Assembly: GCA_965205335.1 (NCBI GenBank) | Contig: OZ242164.1 | Coordinates: forward strand, 576,001 to 640,000 | Source: Candidatus Woesearchaeota archaeon | GTDB taxonomy: Archaea; Nanobdellota; Nanobdellia; Woesearchaeales; UBA583 | DNA length: 64,000 nucleotides | Reading direction: 5' to 3' | Shown: positions 8,419-17,972 of the stretch, piece after piece | Layout of the letters: each line of letters begins with the position of its first letter | Position numbering within the stretch: the stretch's first letter is position 1 | The notes under the pieces: generated by a model | Databases searched by the model: none | What the model saw: only the letters and a program-made list of their open reading frames with translations | What the model was told of the DNA's origin: nothing | Program-made: the position numbers and the translations under genes

Positions 8419-10551
8419 CTAAACTTTTTTAACCAAATCCTTATAATACATAAGTCCCAACTGAGGTCCTTTCTTTGTCACAACATTGGCGCTATTTCCC
8501 GCTGCATACTCCATTGCCTTTTTAATTGTACATCCCTTTGAATAAAAATACATAAAAGTTGCTCCAAAACAATCCCCTGCTCCTGTTGTATCAACAATCT
8601 TATCTGGCTTGAATGCAGCAGTAAAATACTCCATATTCCCATCATAAGCGTAAGAACCATTCGCTCCATCCGTTACAATAACCAACTCACACGCAAGTTT
8701 CTTCAAACCCCTAAGAACAGAACTAAAAGACTGCTCCTTTCCCAAAATCTCACAAGCCTCCTCATAATTCAAAATAATAACATCACAAATCCTAATTAAA
8801 TCCATTAACTTAGGTTCAGTGTGAATTAAAGAAGGACTTGCTCCATAAAAAATCTTTGCTCTCTTATTTCTCTTCTTTATAATCTTAGCAAGCTCTAACT
8901 GAGTCTTAAAACTCTCCCCACTAAGAGCTGTAAAATAATAAAAATTTGAAGAAAATTTATTATAATCAAAATTATCTAACTCTAAAAACTGATTTGAACC
9001 CCTATAAGTAATAATCAATCTGTCATTATCTTTTGTATCCAAAAGAATTGACTTGGCAATTGGTTTTTTTGTCTTCTTTGACTCAATTAATCTCACATTC
9101 TCTATATCAAGCCTCTCCTTTAAAAAATCAAACTCATTATATGAAATTTTTCCTAAATAGGCAACCCTTGCTCCCAACCTTGCAAGACAAACAGACATAT
9201 TAACTCCCCCCCCCCCAAGTTCTTTCTTAAAATCATCCTTAACCCTAACTTTCTCACCAATATACAAATTTGAGAACTTCTCATTAACACTAACCACTGT
9301 ATCCAAAACATTTGAACCCACTACTATAAAATCCTCTCTTCCTTCAAACTTAGAACATAACATCTCAAGAACTTCAATTCCAAAAAGTCTCTCATTTGAC
9401 AAAAACTTAACCAAAGCCCCTCCAGCAAGACTAACATACGAAAACTTATCCAAACACTTGAACTTCTCTGCAACAGTTACACTATGCCCTCCTCCCACAA
9501 AAGAAAACCCCTTTGAATTTACAATCTCTCTTAGAATGCTCTTAGTTCCAACATCACACCCTTTAAGCTCAAAATTCCCGCAAGGCCCCTTCAAATAAAT
9601 ACCTCCTGCCTGCCTTAACAATAACGAATACTTTCTTATAGTATCACTTCCTATATCATTTATCATATTCTTATCCAAAAACTTCCTATTACTACCCAAC
9701 CCACTTGCTTTTATCTCAACCCTTCTTCCATTCAAAACTAATGCAACATCACTTGGAAATAAAATCTTCTTTGGATACTTTCTAAGAAGTCCCCTTAAAT
9801 CCTTCTCAACTGATAAATAATTATTCTCTCTTAGAAAATCCAGTTTCTTCCCCAGATAAAAACCATTAACATGCAGTGCAATCTCCCCAATAACACCTGT
9901 TAGCAAAATACAATCAACTTCCTTTAACCTAAGAGACTTCTCAATCAAAGGAATTAAATCATCAGGCTTAGCTCCTCCAAAAACATATACTAATGGCCTA
10001 TGAACTAATGAAATACTATTTAACCCTCTAAGTTCTCTATCCATTAACCTTCCTGCAATTACTGGAATCTTTGAAAAACCAACAACAGACGTCTGCTTCC
10101 TATGACATACAGAAAACGCATCAAAAACATAATAATCGAAAACCCTCTCAAGCGACTTTATAATATTACCCTTCTTATTTACATCCAACTCATCATCATA
10201 GAACCTCAAATTCTCAAGCAAAAGAATCTCCCCACATTTTAGAGATAAAATCCTATCATCTCTTCTCTTATCATCCAAATCACAAAAACCAATCTTCCTA
10301 TTAATACACTTTGAAATCAGCTTAGAATGCTGCTTTAAAGAAATACAATCCACCTTCCCAGTCCTGCCCTGATGCGCCAAAATAACTACTCTTGCTCCCT
10401 TACTTACAAGTTCATCTATTGTCGAAGACGCCTTAACAATTCTCTCATTTAGAACCACCTTTGACTTAATAACAGGAGAATTAATATCAATCCTTAGCCC
10501 TACAATCCTATCCTTTAAATCAAAACTATCAAGAGTGAAATAATTATGCAT
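8419..10551 (-). CDS. pgk: Phosphoglycerate kinase fused to a PfkB-family carbohydrate kinase
   Basis: RIDINSP, AHQGR, LLENLRF, GGGH, SLAGGA (PGK) followed in frame by GGGGVN and DTTGAGD (PfkB). Confidence 0.88.
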   Translation of the reverse strand: MHNYFTLDSFDLKDRIVGLRIDINSPVIKSKVVLNERIVKASSTIDELVSKGARVVILAHQGRTGKVDCISLKQHSKLISKCINRKIGFCDLDDKRRDDRILSLKCGEILLLENLRFYDDELDVNKKGNIIKSLERVFDYYVFDAFSVCHRKQTSVVGFSKIPVIAGRLMDRELRGLNSISLVHRPLVYVFGGAKPDDLIPLIEKSLRLKEVDCILLTGVIGEIALHVNGFYLGKKLDFLRENNYLSVEKDLRGLLRKYPKKILFPSDVALVLNGRRVEIKASGLGSNRKFLDKNMINDIGSDTIRKYSLLLRQAGGIYLKGPCGNFELKGCDVGTKSILREIVNSKGFSFVGGGHSVTVAEKFKCLDKFSYVSLAGGALVKFLSNERLFGIEVLEMLCSKFEGREDFIVVGSNVLDTVVSVNEKFSNLYIGEKVRVKDDFKKELGGGGVNMSVCLARLGARVAYLGKISYNEFDFLKERLDIENVRLIESKKTKKPIAKSILLDTKDNDRLIITYRGSNQFLELDNFDYNKFSSNFYYFTALSGESFKTQLELAKIIKKRNKRAKIFYGASPSLIHTEPKLMDLIRICDVIILNYEEACEILGKEQSFSSVLRGLKKLACELVIVTDGANGSYAYDGNMEYFTAAFKPDKIVDTTGAGDCFGATFMYFYSKGCTIKKAMEYAAGNSANVVTKKGPQLGLMYYKDLVKKV

Positions 10552-10747
10552 AAACACACAACAATAAAAACCAATAAAAGAAATTATATAAACTCAATAG
10601 AGAAGACTACCCAAAATAAACCCAAAACATTCCCCTGTCGTTGTTGACTTTAGCCTTTCAAAAACTCTTATTTTCTAAAAGGAAACCAGAATTAACCCCC
10701 TTAAAATAATTAATAACTTATATAATACTCCTAATGATAATTCTATT

Positions 10748-13072
10748 ATGAATACAAAAACAAAAGCCGCCCAAAAAGTTGTCCAGAAAAAGTCCCAAGC
10801 AAAACGTACAAAAAAAGCAGAAACAGTTGTTACAAAAGAAGATGCAAAACTCTTAGATGATACTCTAAATATGGTTAAATCACTAAACCAAAAAATTAGT
10901 ACTGTCAGTAAAGCAAAAACAAAACTCCAAAAGGATGTATCAGAACTAAGCAGAAGAATTGACTCAAAGGATAAAAACCAAACAGATGATTCAAAGTTAA
11001 AAGACGAAATAATAGAAGAATTTAAACCAATCTTTAATAAACTAAATCCTCAGACATTAAAAACCCAGTTAAATAAAGAAATTAATTCATCCCTTAAACA
11101 GGAAATTGAAAAAGCAAAATCCCAAGTAAAATCAGATACGAAAAAAGGAGCAGAAGAAATCTCAAAGAAAGTAGCACATTTAGAGAAGGATTTAATGCAG
11201 TCAATAAAATCAAATGAAAAACTAAAAAATGAACTAAACAGATTAAGCAACTCAAAATTAGGTGAAGATATTTTTATAGGAGTTGAAAAGAAAATCCGTG
11301 AACATGTTGAAATCTCCCTAAGAAAAATTTCAAAGGAAATTTCAGAGTTAAGAGTTAATCCACAAGGACATCAGGACAAATCCTTAAACAATAAGATAAG
11401 TAACATTGAAAAGTCTTTAAACAAACTTGAAAAGGAATTGAAAAAAACAGAGGATAAAACATCTAAAAGCATTCAAAAAGAAGTAGAAAACATCAAAAAG
11501 AAGATTCTAAGCGATTTGAAATCAAAAGATTTAAACCATAAAAGAGAACTTGAAGTATTTAAGATTGAAGTATCAAAGCATATCAGGGCATTACTTGATG
11601 GATTACATGCAGAATACAACCTACTAAAAGAGAAGGCTCAGGAGTCCCAGATGGAAGAAGAGAAATTCTTAGAGGAAGTAGCGCAGGGAAATTTGGACAG
11701 ATATGAATTATTTTCACAAAGGGTTGATAAGGCAATAAAATCAAACAAAGAAACCGAAGAGAAACTTGTGGAATTAACTTATAACAATAAAGTTGAACTT
11801 GAAAACATATTTGCGCAGCAAATCAAAGAGGACTTAGCACAGAAAACAATTTCCAATAATGAGTTCTTATTAAATCTAAAAAAATTAGCAAAAGAGAAAC
11901 AGGAGGAATTGTCAGAGAATATTGATAACAAATTAGTTAATTCAGTTGCCCAATTTGAAGGAAAGTTTCATGAGTACATGCAGGATTTTGACAAGGCCTT
12001 AAAGGAGAAAGAAAAAGAGTTTTTAGAAAAGTTAAAAGTAGTTGAGAATGAACGTTATGAAGTTATCTCTCAAATGGAAGAATTTAAAGAAGAAATATCA
12101 AAATTAACAAAAGAATATATGGCAAACCTTCATGATGAACTTGAGAGAATTAAGAAAAAAGAAGTTAAATTAGGTAATGAGAAAAACCAGTTTCTTGTAC
12201 ATATCAATGAATCATCAAAGGCAAGAAAATTAGAAATTGAAGATCTTGCAAATCAAATGAAAGATAGAGTTAAGGGAGTTTTAGAGGAAGAGAGAGACGC
12301 ATTTGACAGACATGAAGAAACATTTAGAGGAGTGTTTTATGAAAAAGTCCAGAATCTGCATGATTTCTCAAAGAAAAAACTAGAAAATATTGAAAGAAAG
12401 TTTGTTGACAAGAATCTAAAATATGTTAGTGATAAAATTAATTCAATGCTTGAACCTCTAAGATTACTTGAAGAAAGTGTCAATGCAAAGGAAGGTGAAA
12501 TTTCAAAATTAGGTCAGGAAATCAACAGCAAACAGGAAGTCTTCTTAGAAGATTTTCATTCACATCAAAAGAATTTAAATCAGGATTTTACAAAACTTGA
12601 GAAAAAGTTAAATGAAAAACTTGAAGATTCAGACAAGCAAATTATAAAATCAAGAAGTGTTGTCAAAGCTATTCTTGAAGAAGTTGAATTCTCAATGACA
12701 AAAATGGATAATTTAATCAATTCAAAGATAGAGGAAATTAATGCAGGCTTAAACAGATTAAAATCCATAGAAAGTAGACTCGTGGGAATTTCACAAATAG
12801 ATTATAAGATTAATCAGATAGAATCAAATATGAACAATATGCATGGTAAAATCAATGAAATTGAAAATCTAAATCATACACATGGGTTTGAATCACTTAA
12901 TTTATTAGTTTCAACAATTGGAGAATACGAGCAAAATTTAATTGCCTTAGTAAAATCACTTAAATCAGAAGGAGTTTCAGAAGAGCACATTAAAACCATT
13001 CTAAGACAGAAAGGTCACCCTATGCTATATGTCTCAATGGTCTTGGAAAATCTGAACTTCTTAGAGCACTAA
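10748..13072 (+). CDS. Large coiled-coil protein, function unknown
   Basis: 774 aa, K/E/L-rich heptad-like sequence, no ATPase motif seen. Confidence 0.75.
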   Translation: MNTKTKAAQKVVQKKSQAKRTKKAETVVTKEDAKLLDDTLNMVKSLNQKISTVSKAKTKLQKDVSELSRRIDSKDKNQTDDSKLKDEIIEEFKPIFNKLNPQTLKTQLNKEINSSLKQEIEKAKSQVKSDTKKGAEEISKKVAHLEKDLMQSIKSNEKLKNELNRLSNSKLGEDIFIGVEKKIREHVEISLRKISKEISELRVNPQGHQDKSLNNKISNIEKSLNKLEKELKKTEDKTSKSIQKEVENIKKKILSDLKSKDLNHKRELEVFKIEVSKHIRALLDGLHAEYNLLKEKAQESQMEEEKFLEEVAQGNLDRYELFSQRVDKAIKSNKETEEKLVELTYNNKVELENIFAQQIKEDLAQKTISNNEFLLNLKKLAKEKQEELSENIDNKLVNSVAQFEGKFHEYMQDFDKALKEKEKEFLEKLKVVENERYEVISQMEEFKEEISKLTKEYMANLHDELERIKKKEVKLGNEKNQFLVHINESSKARKLEIEDLANQMKDRVKGVLEEERDAFDRHEETFRGVFYEKVQNLHDFSKKKLENIERKFVDKNLKYVSDKINSMLEPLRLLEESVNAKEGEISKLGQEINSKQEVFLEDFHSHQKNLNQDFTKLEKKLNEKLEDSDKQIIKSRSVVKAILEEVEFSMTKMDNLINSKIEEINAGLNRLKSIESRLVGISQIDYKINQIESNMNNMHGKINEIENLNHTHGFESLNLLVSTIGEYEQNLIALVKSLKSEGVSEEHIKTILRQKGHPMLYVSMVLENLNFLEH

Positions 13073-13086
13073 ATTTTTTAATGCTA

Positions 13087-14371
13087 TCAATTAATACTTT
13101 CTATTTCAACAGGCTTTGTACGATAAGTAACTAAAAACTCTGACTTATCGTACAACAGGTTAGCAGTAATTCCCAAGTTTTCCATTTCCATAATAAGAAC
13201 GCAAATATTATGGCATACAATTTTACATAACACTTCGTTTACCTGTGCTGTCCTGTTTTTAGATTTAACATTATCCCCAAACTTCTTTTTCACCATACTA
13301 AATGTAGTTTCAACATTACTTCGTTTATGATAATGTTCCATAAACTCATCCTGATTATAAAGGAAATAATGTAATGCTTTCTTCCAGATTATACCTCGTT
13401 TATGTTTGGATTTTTCATTTACATTATTTTTGAAAGGAATATAAGGAACTGCTCCTACTTCATTGATTGCTTCTAAGTTTTCCTTACTGATATACGCCTT
13501 ATCTCCTGAAAACTCCTCTATTGTGAAGACTTCATTAGTCTTATCCAGTAACTCTTTTAACTGTGGGCTGTCGTGGTCAAATTCAGACGTTATTTTAACT
13601 GCTGGAATGATGTTAGTATGAACTCCTGAAACTATGTGACATTTAACCCATTTCTTATATCTGTCCTGTGTGGAATGCTTATACTTATTCCAGTTCTGCA
13701 CTATTGACGTACCAAATCCCGAACTGTCTATTGCAAAATTGGTTTCAACTTCTTTCAATGGCTGTGATGTAATCTTAATCAGGTTGTGCAGAATCTCTGA
13801 AACCTCTTTTTTATTAAAGTAAACTTTAAGTGTTGTAAATGGAACTTCCTTAGTTATGTACTCAAAATCCTTGCTTAACTGCATATCACAGGTAAATCTA
13901 CGCCCAGAAACCCCTGAATACACTTTAAATATCATTGAGTTAAAATATCGTGTATAGGTGTTTTAGGTCGCCCAAACTTATAACCTTCCTCCTGTGAGTT
14001 CTTAACTAAATCGCTCAACAATTTCATAAACTTGTCCTTCTCTGTTTTCTGTGCCTCATCATAAGCACTCCAATTCTGTGTGTATATCTTCTTAGTTACT
14101 TCCTGTTTTAAAGTTCCGTCGGTATAAATTGTCTGAGTTACAGTATATTCTACTGCAAAGATATGCTTACATTTAGAGTGACGCTTCTTATAGTCCATAC
14201 AACTGCATTTAGCACCAAAACCATTACTCTTAACCACATAGCACATTTTAGTATTCGTTTGGCTCGTACTATCTACGTTGTATCATTCTCCTTCTTAATC
14301 TTGAAGTCCTTTGCAATTTCAAGACCTCTTTCTTGTCTTAAGTTTTGTTGTGGTTGTTTGTTTTGTACCAT
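13087..14371 (-). pseudogene. Frameshifted DDE transposase with N-terminal SWIM zinc finger
   Basis: ATG 14371; CSCxDY...CKH SWIM; AIDSSG, GDKAY and YHKRSNVETTFSMVK (YREK motif); frame breaks near 14280 and 13935. Confidence 0.85.
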
Positions 14372-14775
14372 AATAAGTAATAATTATTACTCTTAAAATA
14401 TTTATTAATACCTATACCTAATAATCCTGAAAAAATATCCTAAATTATTAAAGAGAATATAAAAATTGCTAAAAAGTCAAGAATAGAGGAATTAAAAGCA
14501 ATGTCCAAAATTAATGAAACTCCTATAATTTCAATTTTTGGTTCAATACAAAAAAACTAAGGACAAAAACATTTAAATATCTCTACCTTTTTATTGTATA
14601 AGAGATTTCGCTTAATTTCACTCGTGGTTGTTTGTTTTTAGGCGAAATCTCTCTTATTTTTAAATAATATATATAAATATTAAAGTTTAGTAAATTTTAT
14701 GACAAACCAAGTAATTTAAGACTTTTCGTACAGATTCCTTACTTTTCGTACAAAACACACTTTTCGTACAAAGCC
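13112..14775 (-). mobile_element. IS5-family (IS903-like ends) insertion sequence, 1664 bp
   Basis: TIRs GGCTTTGTACGATAAGT / ACTTTTCGTACAAAGCC; 9-bp TSD ATTTCAACA at 13103-13111 and 14776-14784; three ACTTTTCGTACA copies at 14721, 14741, 14759. Confidence 0.92.
14601..14660 (+). ncRNA. Candidate IS-encoded antisense hairpin RNA
   Basis: TTTAAATA at 14572-14579; stem 14601-14615/14638-14652; T-rich tail; 14624-14638 identical to 14350-14364, so antisense to transposase codons 3-8. Confidence 0.5.
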
Positions 14776-14820
14776 ATTTCAACAATAATCTTTATAAAAG
14801 AATTCCAATTATTTTCAAGT

Positions 14821-15012
14821 ATGATAATCCCAATAAGATGTTTTTCATGCGGTAAACCAGTAGGTCATTTATGGGAAGAATTTAAAACCCAAACTGAAAA
14901 AGGGAAACCAGTAAAAGAAGTTCTTGACTCTTTAGAATTAAAAAGATTCTGTTGCAGAACAGTTGTTATGTCCCATGTTGATTCAATAGATATTGTAGGA
15001 AAATACAAATAA
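14821..15012 (+). CDS. rpo10: DNA-directed RNA polymerase subunit N (Rpo10)
   Basis: MIIPIRCFSCGK...RFCCR. Confidence 0.97.
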   Translation: MIIPIRCFSCGKPVGHLWEEFKTQTEKGKPVKEVLDSLELKRFCCRTVVMSHVDSIDIVGKYK

Positions 15013-15101
15013 TTCTCTATTTCTGCTTAATCCATACCCTACCTCTTAGTTTTTTATTATATCTTACAAAGTTTTATATTATTGTAATTTAAAATATTTT
15101 T

Positions 15102-15752
15102 ATGGAAGTGAAAATAATCCCAAGTGTATTTGCAACAAGCATTCAGACTTTTAATTCAAAACTTGAGAAACTAAAGTTTTCAAATGAAATTCACCTAGAT
15201 TTCATGGATGGAAAATTCACGCCCAAAAAATCAGTTAAACTCTTAGATACGAATAAAATAAAGAACCACCCTAATATTAAGTTTGAAACTCATTTAATGG
15301 CATACAATCCAATAAAATATAAAAATAAACTAAAAGACATGGGAGTTAAAAAAATTCTAATACATTTTGAGGTATTTAACAAAAGAGAAAATCTCATTCA
15401 AACATTAGATGAATTCAAAAAAGAAAAATTTGAGGTATTTCTCGTATTAAACCCTAACACAAACATAGAGAGCATTCTAAACTATACAAGATTAATTGAT
15501 GGTATAATGCTAATGTCAGTAATCTCTGGTGCTGAAGGGCAGAACTTCATTGAGAAAACTTATAAGAGGATAGAATCTCTGAGAAAAAATGAGCCCAATG
15601 TAATAATTCAGATAGATGGGGGAATAAAAGATACAAATATAGAGAAAATGGTTAAGAAAGGAGCGAATATCCTAACTATTGGTTCTTATATTTCATCCTC
15701 AGAAACTCCAGAAGATAATTTTAAAAAACTAAACCATTTAATAGGAAATTAG
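15102..15752 (+). CDS. rpe: Ribulose-phosphate 3-epimerase
   Basis: IIPS, HLDFMDG, HLM, MSVxxGxxGQ, IDGG. Confidence 0.92.
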   Translation: MEVKIIPSVFATSIQTFNSKLEKLKFSNEIHLDFMDGKFTPKKSVKLLDTNKIKNHPNIKFETHLMAYNPIKYKNKLKDMGVKKILIHFEVFNKRENLIQTLDEFKKEKFEVFLVLNPNTNIESILNYTRLIDGIMLMSVISGAEGQNFIEKTYKRIESLRKNEPNVIIQIDGGIKDTNIEKMVKKGANILTIGSYISSSETPEDNFKKLNHLIGN

Positions 15753-15849
15753 AATCCTAATTACTCTTTTATTAAAAAATGTTAGCAATTTTTTCACGAC
15801 ATTTTTTAAAACATAAATAATATTAATGAGTTTTAAGAGATATTTTTAG

Positions 15850-16128
15850 ATGGAACTTAACATACTGCATAATTATGAATTTAAAGACGTGCTTAACACA
15901 TTCCCAGTATTAAAAGAAACATTGGATGAATTAGACATCAATTTAGAAGATATTCATGATGGTGAGACAATGGATAATTACTTTAGCAGAAAATCCCTAT
16001 CACAAGAAGAGGTTGATGTTATTATCAGAAAAATGAATCGTAAACTGCAAACACATTTTCACAGAACTGATGAAAAAAGAGAACCCTCCTCGTTTGAAAA
16101 GCTCACAATAAGAGAAGAGGAGGAATAA
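15850..16128 (+). CDS. Small acidic hypothetical protein
   Basis: 92-aa ORF in gene-sized gap. Confidence 0.6.
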   Translation: MELNILHNYEFKDVLNTFPVLKETLDELDINLEDIHDGETMDNYFSRKSLSQEEVDVIIRKMNRKLQTHFHRTDEKREPSSFEKLTIREEEE

Positions 16129-16339
16129 TCTTCTCCTTAAATCCTAATATTTTTAAATCATGTATCCTTTCCACTTCTTACAACAACAAAGTTAAATGTA
16201 AAGGCGCCAAGTTTTGAAGTTATAACATATCATAATAAACCCACATAAGAAATATATAATTTAGAGAGAACAATCCAAAGCAAACTTATGTAACTCTTTT
16301 GAGATAATTACAAATTCTTTTTAATAAAAAAAGGACAAA

Positions 16340-17152
16340 ATGAGCATGACAGATTATAGAAACATAAAGAAAGCAATGAAAAAACTTGAAACTGATGGGA
16401 AATCTTTCTTTTTAGCATATGATCATGGTCTTGAACATGGGCCAAGTGATTTAAGTGATGATAATGAGAATCCACAAGATTTATTTTATTGGGCTGAGAA
16501 GGGGGAATTTGATGGTTTCATCTGTCAGAAAGGAATTGCAGAAAAATATGGAGATTCTTATAAAACAAATATAATTCTTAAAGTTAATGGCAAGACAACT
16601 CTTGGCATAAAGGACGATCCTTATTCTCCTGTTATTTGTAGTGTGAAAAGAGCTGTCGAGTTAAACGCAAAATGTATTGGGTTTACTTTCTTCCCTGGCT
16701 CTTCATACCAGTCTAAGATGTACGAAGACTTTAGAAAGATTCAGGAAGATGCCCATGACTTTGGGCTTCCTGTTGCCGCTTGGATGTATCCAAGAGGTAA
16801 AGCAATTAAAAACGATATGGATGGAGAACTTTTGGCTTACTGCGCAAGAATTGGGCTTGAGATAGGTGCTGATATGGTTAAGATGAAATACAACGGAAAC
16901 AAAGATGATTTCGCAAAACAAGTTCAAACAGCAGGAAAAACTAAGGTTTTATTATCTGGAGGACCTAAACATAACTCAACAAAGGAGTTTTTACAAGATG
17001 TATGCGATGTTACAAGTGTTGGGGCACATGGGCTTGCAATCGGGAGAAATATATGGCAACACGAAAAACCAATTGAATTAAGCAAAGCAGTCAGAGATGT
17101 TCAGATAAGAGGCAAAGACATTTACACAGCCCTTAAAAGATTAGAAAATTGA
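16340..17152 (+). CDS. Class I fructose-bisphosphate aldolase (DhnA/FbaB type)
   Basis: AYDHGLEHGP, WMYPRG, GADMVK, SGG, AIGRNIWQ. Confidence 0.92.
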   Translation: MSMTDYRNIKKAMKKLETDGKSFFLAYDHGLEHGPSDLSDDNENPQDLFYWAEKGEFDGFICQKGIAEKYGDSYKTNIILKVNGKTTLGIKDDPYSPVICSVKRAVELNAKCIGFTFFPGSSYQSKMYEDFRKIQEDAHDFGLPVAAWMYPRGKAIKNDMDGELLAYCARIGLEIGADMVKMKYNGNKDDFAKQVQTAGKTKVLLSGGPKHNSTKEFLQDVCDVTSVGAHGLAIGRNIWQHEKPIELSKAVRDVQIRGKDIYTALKRLEN

Positions 17153-17181
17153 CTATATACAATCTCTCTTGTATTAAATTC

Positions 17182-17821
17182 CTAAAAAAAAATATTCCAT
17201 AAAGTATCATAATTATAAATAACAATAAAAGTAATAATATACCACAAAAGAACCACCCCAATTAATGGTAAATAATCTGTCTCAAACTCCTCTTTAAACA
17301 CATAAAGAGAAGTAAACATCTGCTTAAGCGAGTAATAACCAATAACAAATGATGCTAAAAGAGAAATACTATATACTAATAAAAGAGGAACTAAAGAAGA
17401 TGAGGCAAGAGTATATCCTATAGCTAAAGTAGTTAATCCCATATAAATTAAACTAAATAACACTATTCCAATATAAACAGGCAAATGCAAATAAGTTAGT
17501 ACTATATAAAATTGCGTTGCAGATAGATCTGTTTTAAAAAAGATTTTTGTATAATAATACCCTACAAAATAATGAAAAATAGAAATCCAACCAACCAAGA
17601 AGATAGTGAAATCAAAAAAGTAAAATAAGGATTACCTGTAATTGCTAGGAGAATTGGTACTGTGAGGATCAAAGTTGGTACTGAACTTACTAATCCTAAA
17701 AGCACATGAATAAGAAGCATATATTTCCATTTAAGTTTAGAAGACTTTTCTACAAACTTAGAAATCTTCTCATCATCTTTCTTCCAACTATAATATCTTA
17801 TGAATCAAAATAATTAACCAT
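17182..17821 (-). pseudogene. Multi-pass membrane protein, apparently frameshifted
   Basis: Track ORF 17182-17598 is preceded in another frame by a hydrophobic open stretch (KWKYMLLIHVLLGLVSSVPTLILTVPILLAITG); ATG at 17821 is in a further frame. Confidence 0.5.
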
Positions 17822-17972
17822 TATAATAACTTGATTTCTACGAATATATATATGCATTAACCAGAAAGTAATCATTTGTACAAAATTCTAATAGTAATAT
17901 AACATAAAACTTTATTACTAGACCTAAAAAACCAAAACATTAAGCACAATCAAAAGTAATAATTTGTTACAA

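Noticed and set aside
10748-13072. SMC/Rad50 ATPase
   Set aside because: No Walker A/B or signature motif.
13932-13945. Programmed frameshift in the IS5-type transposase
   Set aside because: No clear slippery heptamer and a second break near 14280; decay or sequencing error is simpler.
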